Shown piece after piece: positions 14,294-25,226 of a stretch of 64,000 bases of DNA (position 1 is its first letter; every line of letters begins with the position of its first letter). Under the pieces are notes generated by a model. The model was not told the DNA's origin and did no database searches. It was given only the letters and a program-made list of their open reading frames with translations. This DNA is from Anthoceros angustus (lineage: Eukaryota; Plantae; Anthocerotophyta), in assembly GCA_010909165.1 (NCBI GenBank), contig VJWM01000227.1, positions 1 through 64,000 on the forward strand, given 5' to 3'. The translations under genes and the position numbers were made by a program.

Positions 14294-14363
14294 TCTCTTA
14301 GAAATCTCAGAAGCATGTCTCTTAGAAATCTCAGAAGCATGTCTCTTAGAAATCTCAGAAGCA
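14294..14363. repeat. 24-bp tandem repeat, ~3 copies
   Basis: tctcttagaaatctcagaagcatg repeated directly. Confidence 0.9.
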
Positions 14364-14946
14364 CACACACCCAAGGACTACTACGCTGTACGTTATACAC
14401 TGTGTAGTTACAAAAAAGAACTGCCGCGCTGTAAACGTAACGCGAGCACATTGCAAGCGAGCATATTGCAAGACTGTTTCCCTTCATACGTACAAACATA
14501 CCAGAATCAGGAGCAGCACCAAGGACCGGTTCCTAGTCGCCGGTCGCCATCGCCTTCTCTTGTTGAGAGCTCAAGAATTCATGAGAGGGACTTCTATGTC
14601 CAGAGTAGGATGCTTGCAAAGATCGGCCACTTTAGGAGGGTTACGTACGGGGTGCAAGTTTCTGAGAAGTGTGTGAGATTCGCCTCGATGCGCTGTGTGG
14701 GAGGATAGCGAACTTGCAAACACTTGGAAATGCGGGATGACGCTTGTAACCTGTCGAAAAATTGTAGACTTCAGACGTTTCTAAAGACACCGCAAGCGGG
14801 TGGATTTGCGGAATGGAGCATCGAGCGTTCACTTTCAGTCACAACGGTATGGATCAAACCTGTTGCTACTGTTTAGGTCTTCTCATTCGGGTCTAATCCT
14901 GTTGGTACTATTTATTCTCATTCGGATCTAATCCTGTTGCTAGTTG

Positions 14947-16712
14947 CTACTGTTTCTTCTCATTCGGATCTGACAGCAGGCTTGTTTCAGTTTCAGGAAC
15001 TCCTTTTCGCTTGTGCAAAGTGACCATGAGTCCATCTTTGATAAACAAAGTGAGAGAGAGTCGATACTTGACAGGATGGTTCGGTTGCACCCTGACATGG
15101 TAATGTCGGAGGATGGTAGCAGCCAAGCTCTTCATCTGCAGGTAAGCCATGTCCTTGCCCAAGCACAGCCGAGGCCCGGCGTTGAACACAGCAAACTTGT
15201 ACGGGTTCTGTGAGAGGAAGACGCCCTTGTGAAGCCACCGCTCGGGCTTGAACTCCCGGCAGTCGGGGCCCCAGATCTGAGGCATTCTGGCCATGGAGTA
15301 GAGGGAGTAGTAGACGCGGTATCCCGCTGGAACATGCGTCCCGTCCGGCAGGGTGTCCTTCTTCGCGGCGTACTTGATGTCGACTGGAACTGGCGGGAAC
15401 AGCCTGAGAGACTCGGACAGAGCTGCGTGAAGAAAATCCATCCGCTTCAGCTCCTCGGTGGTGAAGGCATCAGAGCAATCAGATTCAGCTTCCACCGCTG
15501 CATCTGCTGTCGGAAAGGCTTCCTCCCGCTTGTCCGCCGCAGTTTGCTCGATCTCGTCGGTGCAGGAATTAGGGCATGGTTCTTGCGGCAGAGTGGAGAG
15601 CTCGTCATCAGCCTTTCGGGAGCGGAGGATTTCCGCAATCTCTTGTAGAATTTTTTGCTCCGTTTCCGGGTGAGAATTCAGCAGCCAGAAGAACCAGGAA
15701 AGAGCGACTGCGGATGTGTCCCTGCCTGCAAGAATGAAGTTGATGATAACGTCGCGGAGGAAGGCATCCGAGTAAGACTTTTTCTTGGAATCGCGCAGCT
15801 GCATGAATCTGGAGAGCAGGTCGGTGTGCTTCGGCGCTGCTGAGTCCGGTGTCTGAAGCGATTTCCGGGATCGGATAACCCCGGCAGCGAAGTCGTTCAC
15901 AATTCGTGTCGCGGACGGCACTTTGCTCTCTTCTCCTAGCCTGAGCAGCCTCTTGGCCTTCCATAACCAGGGTGGAATAAGGAAGCGGCTGGTGCTGACC
16001 TCGGTGAGGTGGTTCATGGCTGACGCAAACGGCACCTCCGCCAGCTCGGGCGTCAGAGAACCCGGATCCACTCCGCAGGTCACCATGCACACATTGTCGA
16101 AGGTGTAGCGCAGCAAGACATCCTGCAGAGACACAGGCACAGCGATCTGATCAGGAGTACTATGCACAGTAGAGGAAACGAAAATGTGGATGACGCGATT
16201 CGAACCTGGAGATCAAACGTCTGTCCCAGGTTGGCAAAGTGGTGCAACACCGGCATCAAGCGGGAATTCACTCCATGGCTCACGGAATGTGCCACGGACC
16301 TCACCATGGCACGGGACTTCAACTCCACGGCAGCCACCCGCCTCTGCATGTTCCACTGCTCGTCATCCGAGTTGAAAATGCCATGCCCCAGCAGCTCTTC
16401 ACAAGCTGCTAGAACGGGAGGTCCCTTGGGGTAGTCCTTGAAGGAAGCCTTGGTGATGTGCTCCACATTCTGCGGGCTGCAGGTCATTATTGCATTCATG
16501 GACGGCACCCAGGGTATGACCGCAGAGTAAGTCATGTCGAAGCGCAGGAGCAAATCAGTAATCCAGTCGTAGAACCTGTCGTAATTCGCCCACGCCTCGA
16601 GCGTGGACCCAAGGATTGGCCACAGTGTTGGCCCCCTTACTCCCCAGTAGCGAATCCCATGGTGCACCAAGAAGGCTAGAATGCAAGCTGCAATGACAAT
16701 GAGCACAGCCAT
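14947..16712 (-). CDS. Cytochrome P450, CYP86 clan (fatty-acid omega-hydroxylase-like), 2 exons
   Basis: N-terminal TM anchor, I-helix FILAGRDTSAVALSWFFWLL, ESLR, FKPERW, heme motif FNAGPRLCLGKDMAYLQMK. Single intron at ~16123-16205. Confidence 0.93.
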
Positions 16713-17949
16713 TGTGCAGGCCTGCCTGCAGTGGACCGGCCAGAGCTGTGTAGCCTCCTCCAGGATAGATTCCGTCGAAGTGAGCGCAGCAATCCGGTCC
16801 AGTGCATTTATGCTCTTGAGCAGCCTTCAACGGCGAGCTAAGTCATGTACAGTTGTACGTTTGAAAGCTTACCGGCAAGGTTAAATAATAATCCGTAAAC
16901 TTTAATTTTTTTTCACTACCTCTTGTTAGAAATGGAAATGGAAAGGATGAAGAGATGAAGGAGGACGAATTACAGACATGACGGAGCTTGATGCTTGATC
17001 CAGAGGACATGAAATCTCTACATACAGTACCACACATGTGAGGACCTTGATGAGGCACAGATACCTTCTTCCAGTATTCTTGTCACCTTGATCTAACTAT
17101 ACCTTGTATGTAACAAGGCGATGAGAGACCTGTCGAACACCTTGCATCAAAGCTGGCAGCAGATGTCCAGCGACTCACGAGATTCTGCAACTGACTACAA
17201 CTACACCTGCTCAAATTTAGCGGCCATTGATGAAGGTACTGCACGCATGCTTAATGATCGACTACGGAGCTAAGCAGCGGCCATTGATTATCGACAGTAC
17301 CGCACCTGCAGCGGCCACACCTTTGATCATCGGCAAAGCAGCTTTGCTGAATGCACCAACCTGCAGTCATGCTAAGTCGTCATGGGTACCTTTGGCAGGC
17401 CAAGTCCGTCTGCGCCGAGGGCCAACTTTCTCACCTACTTCCTCCCGCTGTGAGTCCTGCGATCTCTCACGGTCTCAACCACCTCTCCCAGCTGGGCGGC
17501 CAGAGATCAAGCCGCCGTTTAAGCCGCCTACCGCAAGGACACGCAGGGATGCAGTGCGGGCAGGCTCAACAGCAGAACTGTCCTGCAGTCGAAAGGCAAC
17601 AATGGTCACTGGTTTGTATGTATATGTGTCTGGAGTTAAGGTTTGGGTTAAACTTTCACCGCTGGGGGGGAGTGGTAATTTTGCTCAAGCCTCGACACCC
17701 GGATTGACGCAGCGTGGCCGGAGGGAGATTCAGCTGCCGATCGAGATTAGGTTTTGCATCGAAGAATTTGGAGGCCTGTCTGAGTTCCGGTGTGAATTTT
17801 GCGCGTCACTGCGGTATAAGTTTTGTGAGGATTGTTGTGTTTGCTGTGGGTCCTGTTTGTTGGGTTGGACTGCAGTCTTTTATGTATGTTGTTGATCTGT
17901 CTGTTGCTGATCTGGGTAATTTGGGGCAGAGCTCAATCAGCTGCAAGGG

Positions 17950-20900
17950 ATGCTGCGGGGGAAACCTGCTTCTGTGTGCAAGCTCCTTGCATCCACGTCC
18001 CGCTCCTGGTATGTGAAGGTTTTGAGGCGGCACATCAGTTCTGGTGCCCACGGTTTAGATGCTAGATTGGGGCGGCAGCAATGGGATTTATTTCTCAGGA
18101 TTCCTGGGTACCACTCGCCACTCAGGAGATGTGCATTATTTCCCCGGGATTCAGTGTACTGCAAATTTTCTGTTTCCCTTCTGTGTCGGATGCTCTCTTC
18201 TGCACCTCAAGCCCCGGACAGGAGCTTTGAGAGCTTCTCTGCAGACCATGCAGAAGGTGATGGCAGGGCATTTCGGTTTGTCACCATTGTGGCTCCTTCC
18301 ATGAGCAAAGAGGAGTCTGCTTCACCTGTTTGGAATCATGCCTGCTCCGTGATGGGAGAGGACAAGGTGCCTACAGTGGCTGTGGTGTTTGTGTCCAAGC
18401 CTACGGAATCGGCTGTGGCTGCTGTGAAGGAGATTGCGCAGCTCCTTTTGGCCAGCAGGGAGGCGGCCCTTGTTCGGGCGAAGGAGCTTAAATCCTACTC
18501 TGAGGGACTGTTGCATTCTTCCGATTGGGCTGGTCTCGTTGTGCAGAGAGGTGATGAATGCAGTCCAGCTGAACTGTTGAGTGGAAGGCCTCCCCGAGTC
18601 AGAATTGCATCCATCCACACCGATTTGGCTAGGGAAGCGGGGAGCAGGGATGGCACGGGAAGTGCAGAGGATCTTGTGGAGAATGGCAACGGGGAAGACC
18701 CTTCAGCAAATATTCCATTGATAGGGTGTGTAGGTGACGGATGGGCAGGAGAGTTTGGAACGACTTGGCGTTTAGTTGGTACTGTACCAAGGGACCGAAG
18801 TAGGAGGGCAGGGATCGGTGGTAGCCGGAGGGGAAAGAAACTGCAGACGTCAGGCACCAGGAAACTAGATAAAGGAGAACGTACTTTTGAGAGGTTTGAT
18901 TTAGGTGATGGTTGCCGAGGAATTTTGTGTGATGTTGAGACTGCAAAGGACCTTTTTGGTGACTTGAGTGAGGATAGGCAAAGATTTCTTGCAGTAGCTG
19001 CAGAAGTAATAGAGTCCGATGATGAGGAAGATAGTCTGTCAGACTGGGAGCATTTCTCTGCCGAGGTGTTGCAACCAGATGGTGAGTCAATTCGTACAGA
19101 GCAGGCAGAGAGTGGAGCTGACGAGGAGGTCCAGGAGATGGATACGATGCCCACAGAAACCAGAGCATCTGATTTGGAGCGGCCCAGTCTTGGCACAAGT
19201 ACAAGCTCTCCTGAAGGGCAATCTTGCAATGGAAGTCCTTCATTAGCAACCTCTAGTTTAGAGCTGCAGACTGAGGAGCACAATGCAAAGAGTGTTGAGC
19301 ATAGCGCAGCAGAGCCAATATGCAGGGGTGATGCCACTGAAAAAGATTCTATACAAGGAAAAGGTCGAAAATTCGTCCTTAGTAGCGAGGGAAGTAAGGA
19401 ACAATCTAGAAAAAGTCGAGCTGGGGTGGAGGATGCCGGTGAGAGTTACAGGTTAACTCTATGTCTTGGACACCTTCCTGGAACAAAAGTAGTTTCATTC
19501 TATTCTTCATCAACAGGGCTCCCACTACTTCCGGACCTGGAAGATGCTGTTACTGTGAATAACCCTCACATGCTTCTGCTTGGAGCTCCAGGCAAGATTT
19601 TGCTGCATTCAGTGTTTATGTGGTGATTCATCTTCCTTCGATGGACAGACCTGACTCTCATCGGTCTTTCAGGGTTCAAGTTTCCTGACTACATTCAAAG
19701 ACTTGCTTCAGTCTTTCCAACAGGCTGCAGGTGGGTTAGCAATTGTCGATTTAGACATCGCCTTGTCGCAGTTTCACCTTGTCTATAGTTTCTGTCCCAA
19801 AGCGACTAAGCAGTGCTGCTGTCCAGATTTCAGAGCAGGTGCATTTCTAGCACCCTTGTTCAGCAGCATTAGGAGCCAATGGACCAAAGTTGCTGAGCAG
19901 CAAGCAGGACCAATTTTCCATGGGGAAGAGTTACAGAGGACTGGCGCTGTTGGTCTTGCTGTGTCTTCAGCAGGTAGGTAATATCCATGTTAAGAGGCAC
20001 GGAGAGTGCTTTCTTCCATTATGATGGCTTAAATTTGCTGCTCATCTTGTCTGTTAGCAATGTGTGAATAATTCTTCGCTGCTGCTAGGCTCAAGTGATG
20101 TATCTGTTGAGGCGTTTGGAGAATTTGTGCGGATGTCGCTGGGAATGCCTCGCATCCGAGGATATACATTCATTGAGTAAGTTCTTGTGTTACAGTTGTG
20201 GGCTGGTTGAATGTCTCCTCCAGGAGATAACTTTGTGGTCTAATTGAAGCTAGGAAAGAGGTCTTTTTCTTTGCTTATGTTTTCTTGCATGCACGTGGGG
20301 GGCTTTGTCCAGTGAGCGTATCAGTACGAGCCTTTTTTTCCCCAAGAATGTCTGCGCTGAGCATTTAGCTCCTGGTCAAAGAGAAACTTCAGCAGATGCA
20401 AGAATGGTTCTAGAGTACTTGAATACGTATCTCATTCGGAACAGTAGTGTTCCTTTGAAGCCTCTTTCATCAGAGGGTTCGGAAAGGGAGGATCTGGGCA
20501 AATCAGATGAAGGGGCCCCATCCTCTGTATCTGGACATCCTTTTTCTGAGTTAAGAGCAGCAGGGGATTCAGAGAAACTTCCACTTGCACCATTTGATGC
20601 AGTTATTTTTCCTGGATGGTCCATGCCCCTGCACATTTACGAGCCTCGCTACAGGATTATGGTGAGAGATAGATGTCGCTGTTTCAGTCCAGTGTTTTTG
20701 CCACCAAATATCTTGTTTTCCTCTCTTGATCCGCTTTTGGGGTGATTCTAGGTGAAGCAATGCGTCGAGCAAGGCAAACCGTTTGGATTGTCAAATTCTT
20801 TGACAGCGGTTCACTCCAATAATCTGGACAGCCAAGAGATCATTGGCACTCTCGTGGTAAGCTGGTCATCGACTTAGCATTATTCCCCGGCTGTAACCTT

Positions 20901-21869
20901 GTCCAGACCAGGCAGTTGACACGTCCACTTTCTTGCTATTTTTCAGAATCTGAAAGTGCATTTGTTCGAAAAGGACTGTAGGTCCTACATTATAGCACAT
21001 GGTGTGCAGCGGTTTCGTCTGTCTGACAAGTAAGCTACTCGATCTCCAGGCCAAGACCACTTGGAATATTGGGATGTTTGTCAGTGCCCTCTGCGGCTCT
21101 AAAATACAGTTGTTCGTCTCTGCAGGATCTGCATACAGCCTGGGTCATTTGGTTTGGCTCTCGGGCAGGTTTGTGCAATCGACATTTGTGGTCAAGTCTT
21201 ATCAGTTTTCTGCTCGCATCCCTGCAGCTTGTTTTGGCAGCTGATTTTGGGTAGGTAGTCCCAGGCCAGGCTAATCCTTGATATCCGTATCGACGCAGGT
21301 TAAGTTTTTCGATGACGAGGTTTGTGAAACTGCAAAAGAAAGAAGGGAACTTTCAGACCTAGCAAATGAAGCCGTTGCCCTATGTCGACGCGTCCTTCCG
21401 GAGGTGAAGTCAGGGGATGGCCTTATTTCTGATTTTCCCTGTAATGCTGGGTTTGGTTCCGAAAGTTGTGCTTTAGTGTTGTTGATGTTCTTTACAGACT
21501 CTTGGTGTAGGCATAAGTCGTAGTGACATCTGCTTTGTCCTTCTCTGCAGACTAATGAGGCCCCCGGACTTGTGGGTTCTGTTTGTGATCCCAAACTTGC
21601 GTCGTTCGCTCTGGGTCACTTGCTCCCTGTATCGGTAATCTCCTTGCTAATCAGAAGATCGCTGAATTTGTAATTTCTTCCAATAAACTATTTCCGTTTT
21701 GAATGGGACAGACTCTCGTGAAGACAAGGTTGCGTAATTTTTTTTTACGATTTCTTTCCTGTTGTGAATGGGACAGACTCTCGTGAAGACAAGGTGGCTT
21801 GGAATGGAGAACACAAAGCTCAGGCTGCTCGAACAATTAACCTTTTTGGAATTTAAAGCCAAAAAGTGA
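17950..21869 (+). CDS. Multi-exon protein with FIST-N-like motifs and a C-terminal Lon N-terminal (substrate-binding) domain; possible mitochondrial presequence
   Basis: Lon-N motif LPLAPFDAVIFPGWSMPLHIYEPRYRIMVKQCVEQGKPFG and terminal ASFALGHLLPVSTLVKTRWLGMENTKLRLLEQL. FIST-like motifs VPTVAVVFVS, IPLIGCVGDG, LTLCLGHLPG, IFHGEELQRTGAVGLAVS. Arg/Ser-rich N-terminus. Internal exon boundaries are approximate. Confidence 0.75.
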
Positions 21870-22304
21870 TTCTCAGCGTTTTGCAACCTTTGTTAACTGC
21901 CTAACGCAGTGCGAGTTGCGTGGATGCCTCAATGGAGACACTTGTGACGGTAGTTGTGTCAGACCAAGATGGGGTCGTTTTTTTTCGATTCCAGAACGTG
22001 TCAGACTAGGACAGACACTCCACGGTGGACCACACAGTTGGGCTTCGCCTGTAGGAGCACAAAGCGTCCCTTCATTGGCGAGAAGATAATATTCGACTCG
22101 GGGGGCGCCAAGTAGTGGAAAAAGCTGCTGGCTCTTCCTGGTTTTGCGGACATCCAGCCGTCGCAAATCTTAGCCGATCTCGAGATTGTCCAGGTCCAGA
22201 GCTCCATTGCCTTCCTGGAGCGAAGCAAATCTTTCACCAAGCTTCCTTCTGGTCTTCGGGCTGTGTTCATAGTGGGAATCAGTCTGCATCATGTGTTGAA
22301 GTGG

Positions 22305-22757
22305 ATGGCCATGGGCCAAGGGGAGGAGCGTCTGACGAACGCAACGAACTCACCAGCACGACCGAGTTCTCCCCCTCACCAGTGTCTCTCCAGTCGCAAG
22401 AGACGAGGGCTAGGCTACGTGAAGCTTCAGGAGCCTTATCGCAAGAGGCGATCCTCCGTAAGGGTACTGCGGTTGGGAGCCACCAAGGCGCGCAAATTTA
22501 CATGGCAGTTGCGGCCCAAGCTGCTGAGGCTGCGCTTCTTGTCTCCCGGACTGCTGCTGAAGAAACTGACCGGTGCTTTCCTCCGACTCGCCACCTTCTT
22601 TGCAGCCAAGCATGAGTTGCCCGCCGAGAAGGTGGTTGAAGGCATCCGTCTGCAGTTGCATCAGTCTGCGGCCTACATTGCCTACTTAGAAAGAACCATA
22701 GCTGAGGGCCGCTTCTACAGGAACGGCATGGCCATTTTGGACCTCAAAGATCTGTAG
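22305..22757 (+). CDS. Small basic plant-type uncharacterised protein (Arg-rich, SP-LLxKL motif)
   Basis: Intronless ORF: GYVKL...VRVLRLG...WQLRPKLLRLRFLSPGLLLKKLTGAFLRL. Same motif layout as the ORF at 59505-60068. Confidence 0.65.
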   Translation: MAMGQGEERLTNATNSPARPSSPPHQCLSSRKRRGLGYVKLQEPYRKRRSSVRVLRLGATKARKFTWQLRPKLLRLRFLSPGLLLKKLTGAFLRLATFFAAKHELPAEKVVEGIRLQLHQSAAYIAYLERTIAEGRFYRNGMAILDLKDL

Positions 22758-24811
22758 TAAGAGTCTGCTTGTCTGCCATGGACAGCACTCTTCTCGTTAT
22801 GTCGAACTGCATTAGATAGAATAGAGCGGGTTCAGGTTCCATGTCTGAGGAGCTGAACACTTGCTCTATAGTCGGTTCTTTCATGTCCAGATCCGAGCAC
22901 ACAGGTTTGTCACGAATGCTGTAAGAATATACTTCTTCATGTCCCTGTTACCGCGTAGCCGCATGCCTCCCATAACAGTATGAACAATATTTGCTTCTGG
23001 TGACAATCCAAGGCTAAGAACACACCTACCGTGGTAGCGTTGCAAGCAACCTGCAAGAGTTATCATCAGGTCATGTCGGGCCGAAGCCCTTGGGACTCTC
23101 GAGGTCGTGTCCAGGTCACATTTGTTCGAAGATTAGGTCCAAGTTCATGACGTTGTGCATTATGCGTCTGCCTCCACGGAACAGTAGGAATGTAGGTAGT
23201 GTAACCCTACAACGACTCTACCGAAGACGGCTAACACATCTACAATATTAATTGTATAATGTTAGTGTTATACGGATGAAAATAAGATTTGGCTTGCAAG
23301 GTTAAGCACACAATAAGATAACAACGAGCGTGTTCACAAAGAGGGCTGAAGTGCCGTCTTCTCGGCACCGCCCGATCTACCACCTTCGGATGTCGCAGAG
23401 CGCTCAGCGACGTGCCGGCCAAGAGACGACTCGTTTCAGATGAGGAGGGCTAACTGCCGTCCTTCACGTTCGCGTGAATGCAGCCTCCAACTGTCGTCAA
23501 TCGTCGAGTTCCGCAATGACACGAGGAAAAAGGTTCCTTTGTTCCTTCTGCGTAGGTGTGTGAAGGGGATACGAGATTTTTCAGGCTGAAACAGACCGCA
23601 GTGCACAGCTTGCCAGCACTGAAGGAACAAGTCATCAGAACTCGTCCACTGCCCAAGAGTTATACACAAGAACCAATCTTGTCTGGATAAGCTGCCGGGT
23701 TGCGAATCCTCTCTTGTTTCCAGCTGAAACAGCCACCTGGTGAGGGGAGAGCACCGAATGCAACTAGCAGGAGTTGTCCGATGACCAGAATACTTGGAGG
23801 ACTACCCGACGTGAAAGCACAGCCCATCACCGTCCCCTGGTTCAGACCTGAAGAGCCATGGGGAGTTCGTCCAAGGCTTTCCCTGCAAGCCCTTCATCCA
23901 GTAACCAGAGTTTCGTTGATCCTTGAAAACTTCTCGACTCTCTTCCTTGCAGCCTCCTCCTGTTCCTCCATGATACTTCCCAACTCCCCACCCATCCTCC
24001 ACAACTTCCACAACCACAGCTTCCTCCTCCCACATTCCTCTGCTTATCCCCCTAGCTTCCACCATGTTGAATTTTTCGTTCTGCAATTTCTCCTCAGTGT
24101 CTTCCTTGCTGCAGATGAAAGTCCGTGCTGCACCTTGAGACCTTGATACTTCCTCAAGATGTGGAAATCTTTCTTCCTCCTTCCTCCGCTGCCTGACAGC
24201 CCCAGTCCTCAGCCCTGCTTCATTGCCAACATCATCATCCTCAAAAACAGCCTTTCTGACAGAGTCAGGAAGGCTTTCCTCTTTTCCTCTCGGCATCCCA
24301 AAACAGGCCCCGAAGCTGATATGCCAACTTCTCACTCTCGTTTGACGGAACTCGCAAGGCATCAATATCATAAACCCTGGTAACCTAGCTCTGTCGATGT
24401 CAGCTCACTTGAGCCATCACTGCTTCTTCAGCAGATGATCGTAGCTGCTAATGTCGTAGACGCTGGTTTCCTCCTCCCCTTCTCGTTTGATTCTCTGCCA
24501 CATTTTCTTTTCGGTATCTGACGAACATTCTCTACGGCCCCGGCTCACAGACGGACCCAGATAGTGACCACAGGACCCACAGACTATTCTGGCAAGGTGA
24601 TGTCGAGTTCGTCTGCATGAAGAGAAGAGTCCTTCTGTTCCTGGCGGAATTTCGAGACCCGATCGAAGCCCTGATTGTGGCCAAATCCATACGCCAGAAC
24701 CTTTAATTCAGGTGTTGGGTTCCAGCACGGAGTTCTGCAGAGGCCTCCTAACATCATGCCCAGCAAATTCCTAGGTTCATATTCCCTATTTTCGTCAGCG
24801 GTCCTACCATG

Positions 24812-25212
24812 TGGAGTTTGGACGAAGCTGATTGGGAAGACGTCGAATTGAAAAACAGTGTATAGAGAAAAGACATTGTCCAGGCATAAGAAGCCTCTTA
24901 AGAAACGTCGTGTCCGTTCAAGCTAGGTTGGCTTATGCTAACGGATCGTTATTCCTAACACGCCTCCTTAAGCTAGACTAAAGAAAGCCTAGTTAGTTTA
25001 AGAACACTTAGTCTAAGCGGCTAGAAGTTAGCTTCATATTATAGTTATGACGGTTCAATAATCGTTTGTTTCAAGTTATAAAGATACTTTACTTGTTCCT
25101 TAATAAACAATCCTTTTCTTGCACAAGGTAGCTTGCACCTTCGCTCTAGCGCTCACAGCCTTACATTTCTAGTCTCCGCATTTGTGTTGCTAGATCCTAG
25201 CTATAATCTCCA
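24812..25212 (+). repeat. 5' LTR of copia A (left boundary inferred)
   Basis: Ends in CTCCA two bases before the PBS. TGGAG at 24812 is the matching inverted terminus; there is no second LTR to confirm it. Confidence 0.6.
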
Positions 25213-25214
25213 AA

Positions 25215-25226
25215 TGGTATCAGAGC
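25215..25226 (+). promoter_or_regulatory. Primer binding site complementary to initiator tRNA-Met
   Basis: TGGTATCAGAGC, the canonical plant iMet PBS. Confidence 0.92.

Noticed and set aside
23050-24800. Coding-like minus-strand stretch (ORF 23802-24371 and neighbours)
   Set aside because: Frequent stops and no motif I can assign; possibly a decayed gene, left uncalled.
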